A stretch of DNA of 64,000 nucleotides, taken from positions 124,001-188,000 of IMG/VR virus record IMGVR_UViG_3300043446_004613. One strand, 5' to 3'. The notes beneath the pieces are model-generated. The model worked only from the letters and a program-made list of their open reading frames with translations, was not told the origin of the DNA and did no database searches. Of this stretch, positions 63,754 through 64,000 are shown one piece after another (positions within the stretch are counted from its first letter, which is position 1; every line of letters begins with the position of its first letter). The translations under genes and the position numbers were made by a program.

Positions 63754-64000
63754 ATGATCACACTTTACGAAAACGCTACGCATGTCACCGTCACCGGTAA
63801 CGCGCAAGAGATTGACGAGCTTGTAACCACTTTCCGCTTCCGCCCGGATGGGTACTTCTTTGCTCTCAGCTACCAGCGTAATGTAAAAAGCCAAGGCGAA
63901 GAAGGCTGGGATGGCTACACCTACCCTTTACAGCGCACCGGCAGGACAGCGGCCCGCGCTCTGCGCGGACGTAAAGACGAAATCATCCGGGCAGCCAAGA
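63754..64000 (+). CDS. 5' part of a probable UvsW-like helicase (cut by window edge)
   Basis: FRFRPDGYFF..SY...GWDG resembles the UvsW N-terminus; GTTCTTA upstream. Confidence 0.5.
   Translation, partial: MITLYENATHVTVTGNAQEIDELVTTFRFRPDGYFFALSYQRNVKSQGEEGWDGYTYPLQRTGRTAARALRGRKDEIIRAAK

Noticed and set aside
1-64000. Stop-codon reassignment, tRNA genes, CRISPR arrays
   Set aside because: Core genes are full length under code 11 with dense packing; no cloverleaf or repeat-spacer pattern seen by eye (tRNAscan/CRISPR tools not run)

Overview
All 64 kb read as part of a large T4-superfamily-like myophage genome in standard genetic code; ORFs are intact and TAG is used as a stop. Head genes: prohead protease-scaffold, gp23-like major capsid protein, gp20-like portal, tandem GroES. 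Contractile-tail genes: sheath, tube, tape measure, hub, gp5/gpV spike, gp25 wedge, chaperone, fibres. These are dispersed on both strands among DNA-metabolism genes (SbcC, SbcD, primase, 5'-3' exonuclease, HU, UvsW-like start). No terminase, polymerase, integrase, tRNA or CRISPR array is visible. Notable observations: (1) about nine glycosyltransferase-like and three methyltransferase domains, plus a nucleotide-sugar epimerase/reductase on an apparently captured 1.2-kb host rml fragment, which is bracketed by an 81-bp repeat that differs only at synonymous sites; (2) two 7-mers, GTAGTTA and GTTCTTA, a few bases upstream of about 25 mostly SD-less start codons; (3) a shared amphipathic x-LL-E motif in about 18 small proteins, like a capsid-targeting/cleavage signal; (4) a probable +1 frameshift at TTT_TTT_CGT_TGA in the tail chaperone; (5) a 148-aa mini-intein in an Ig-domain virion protein whose neighbour shows a possible empty site. 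All family calls come from motif recognition by eye; no database searches were run.
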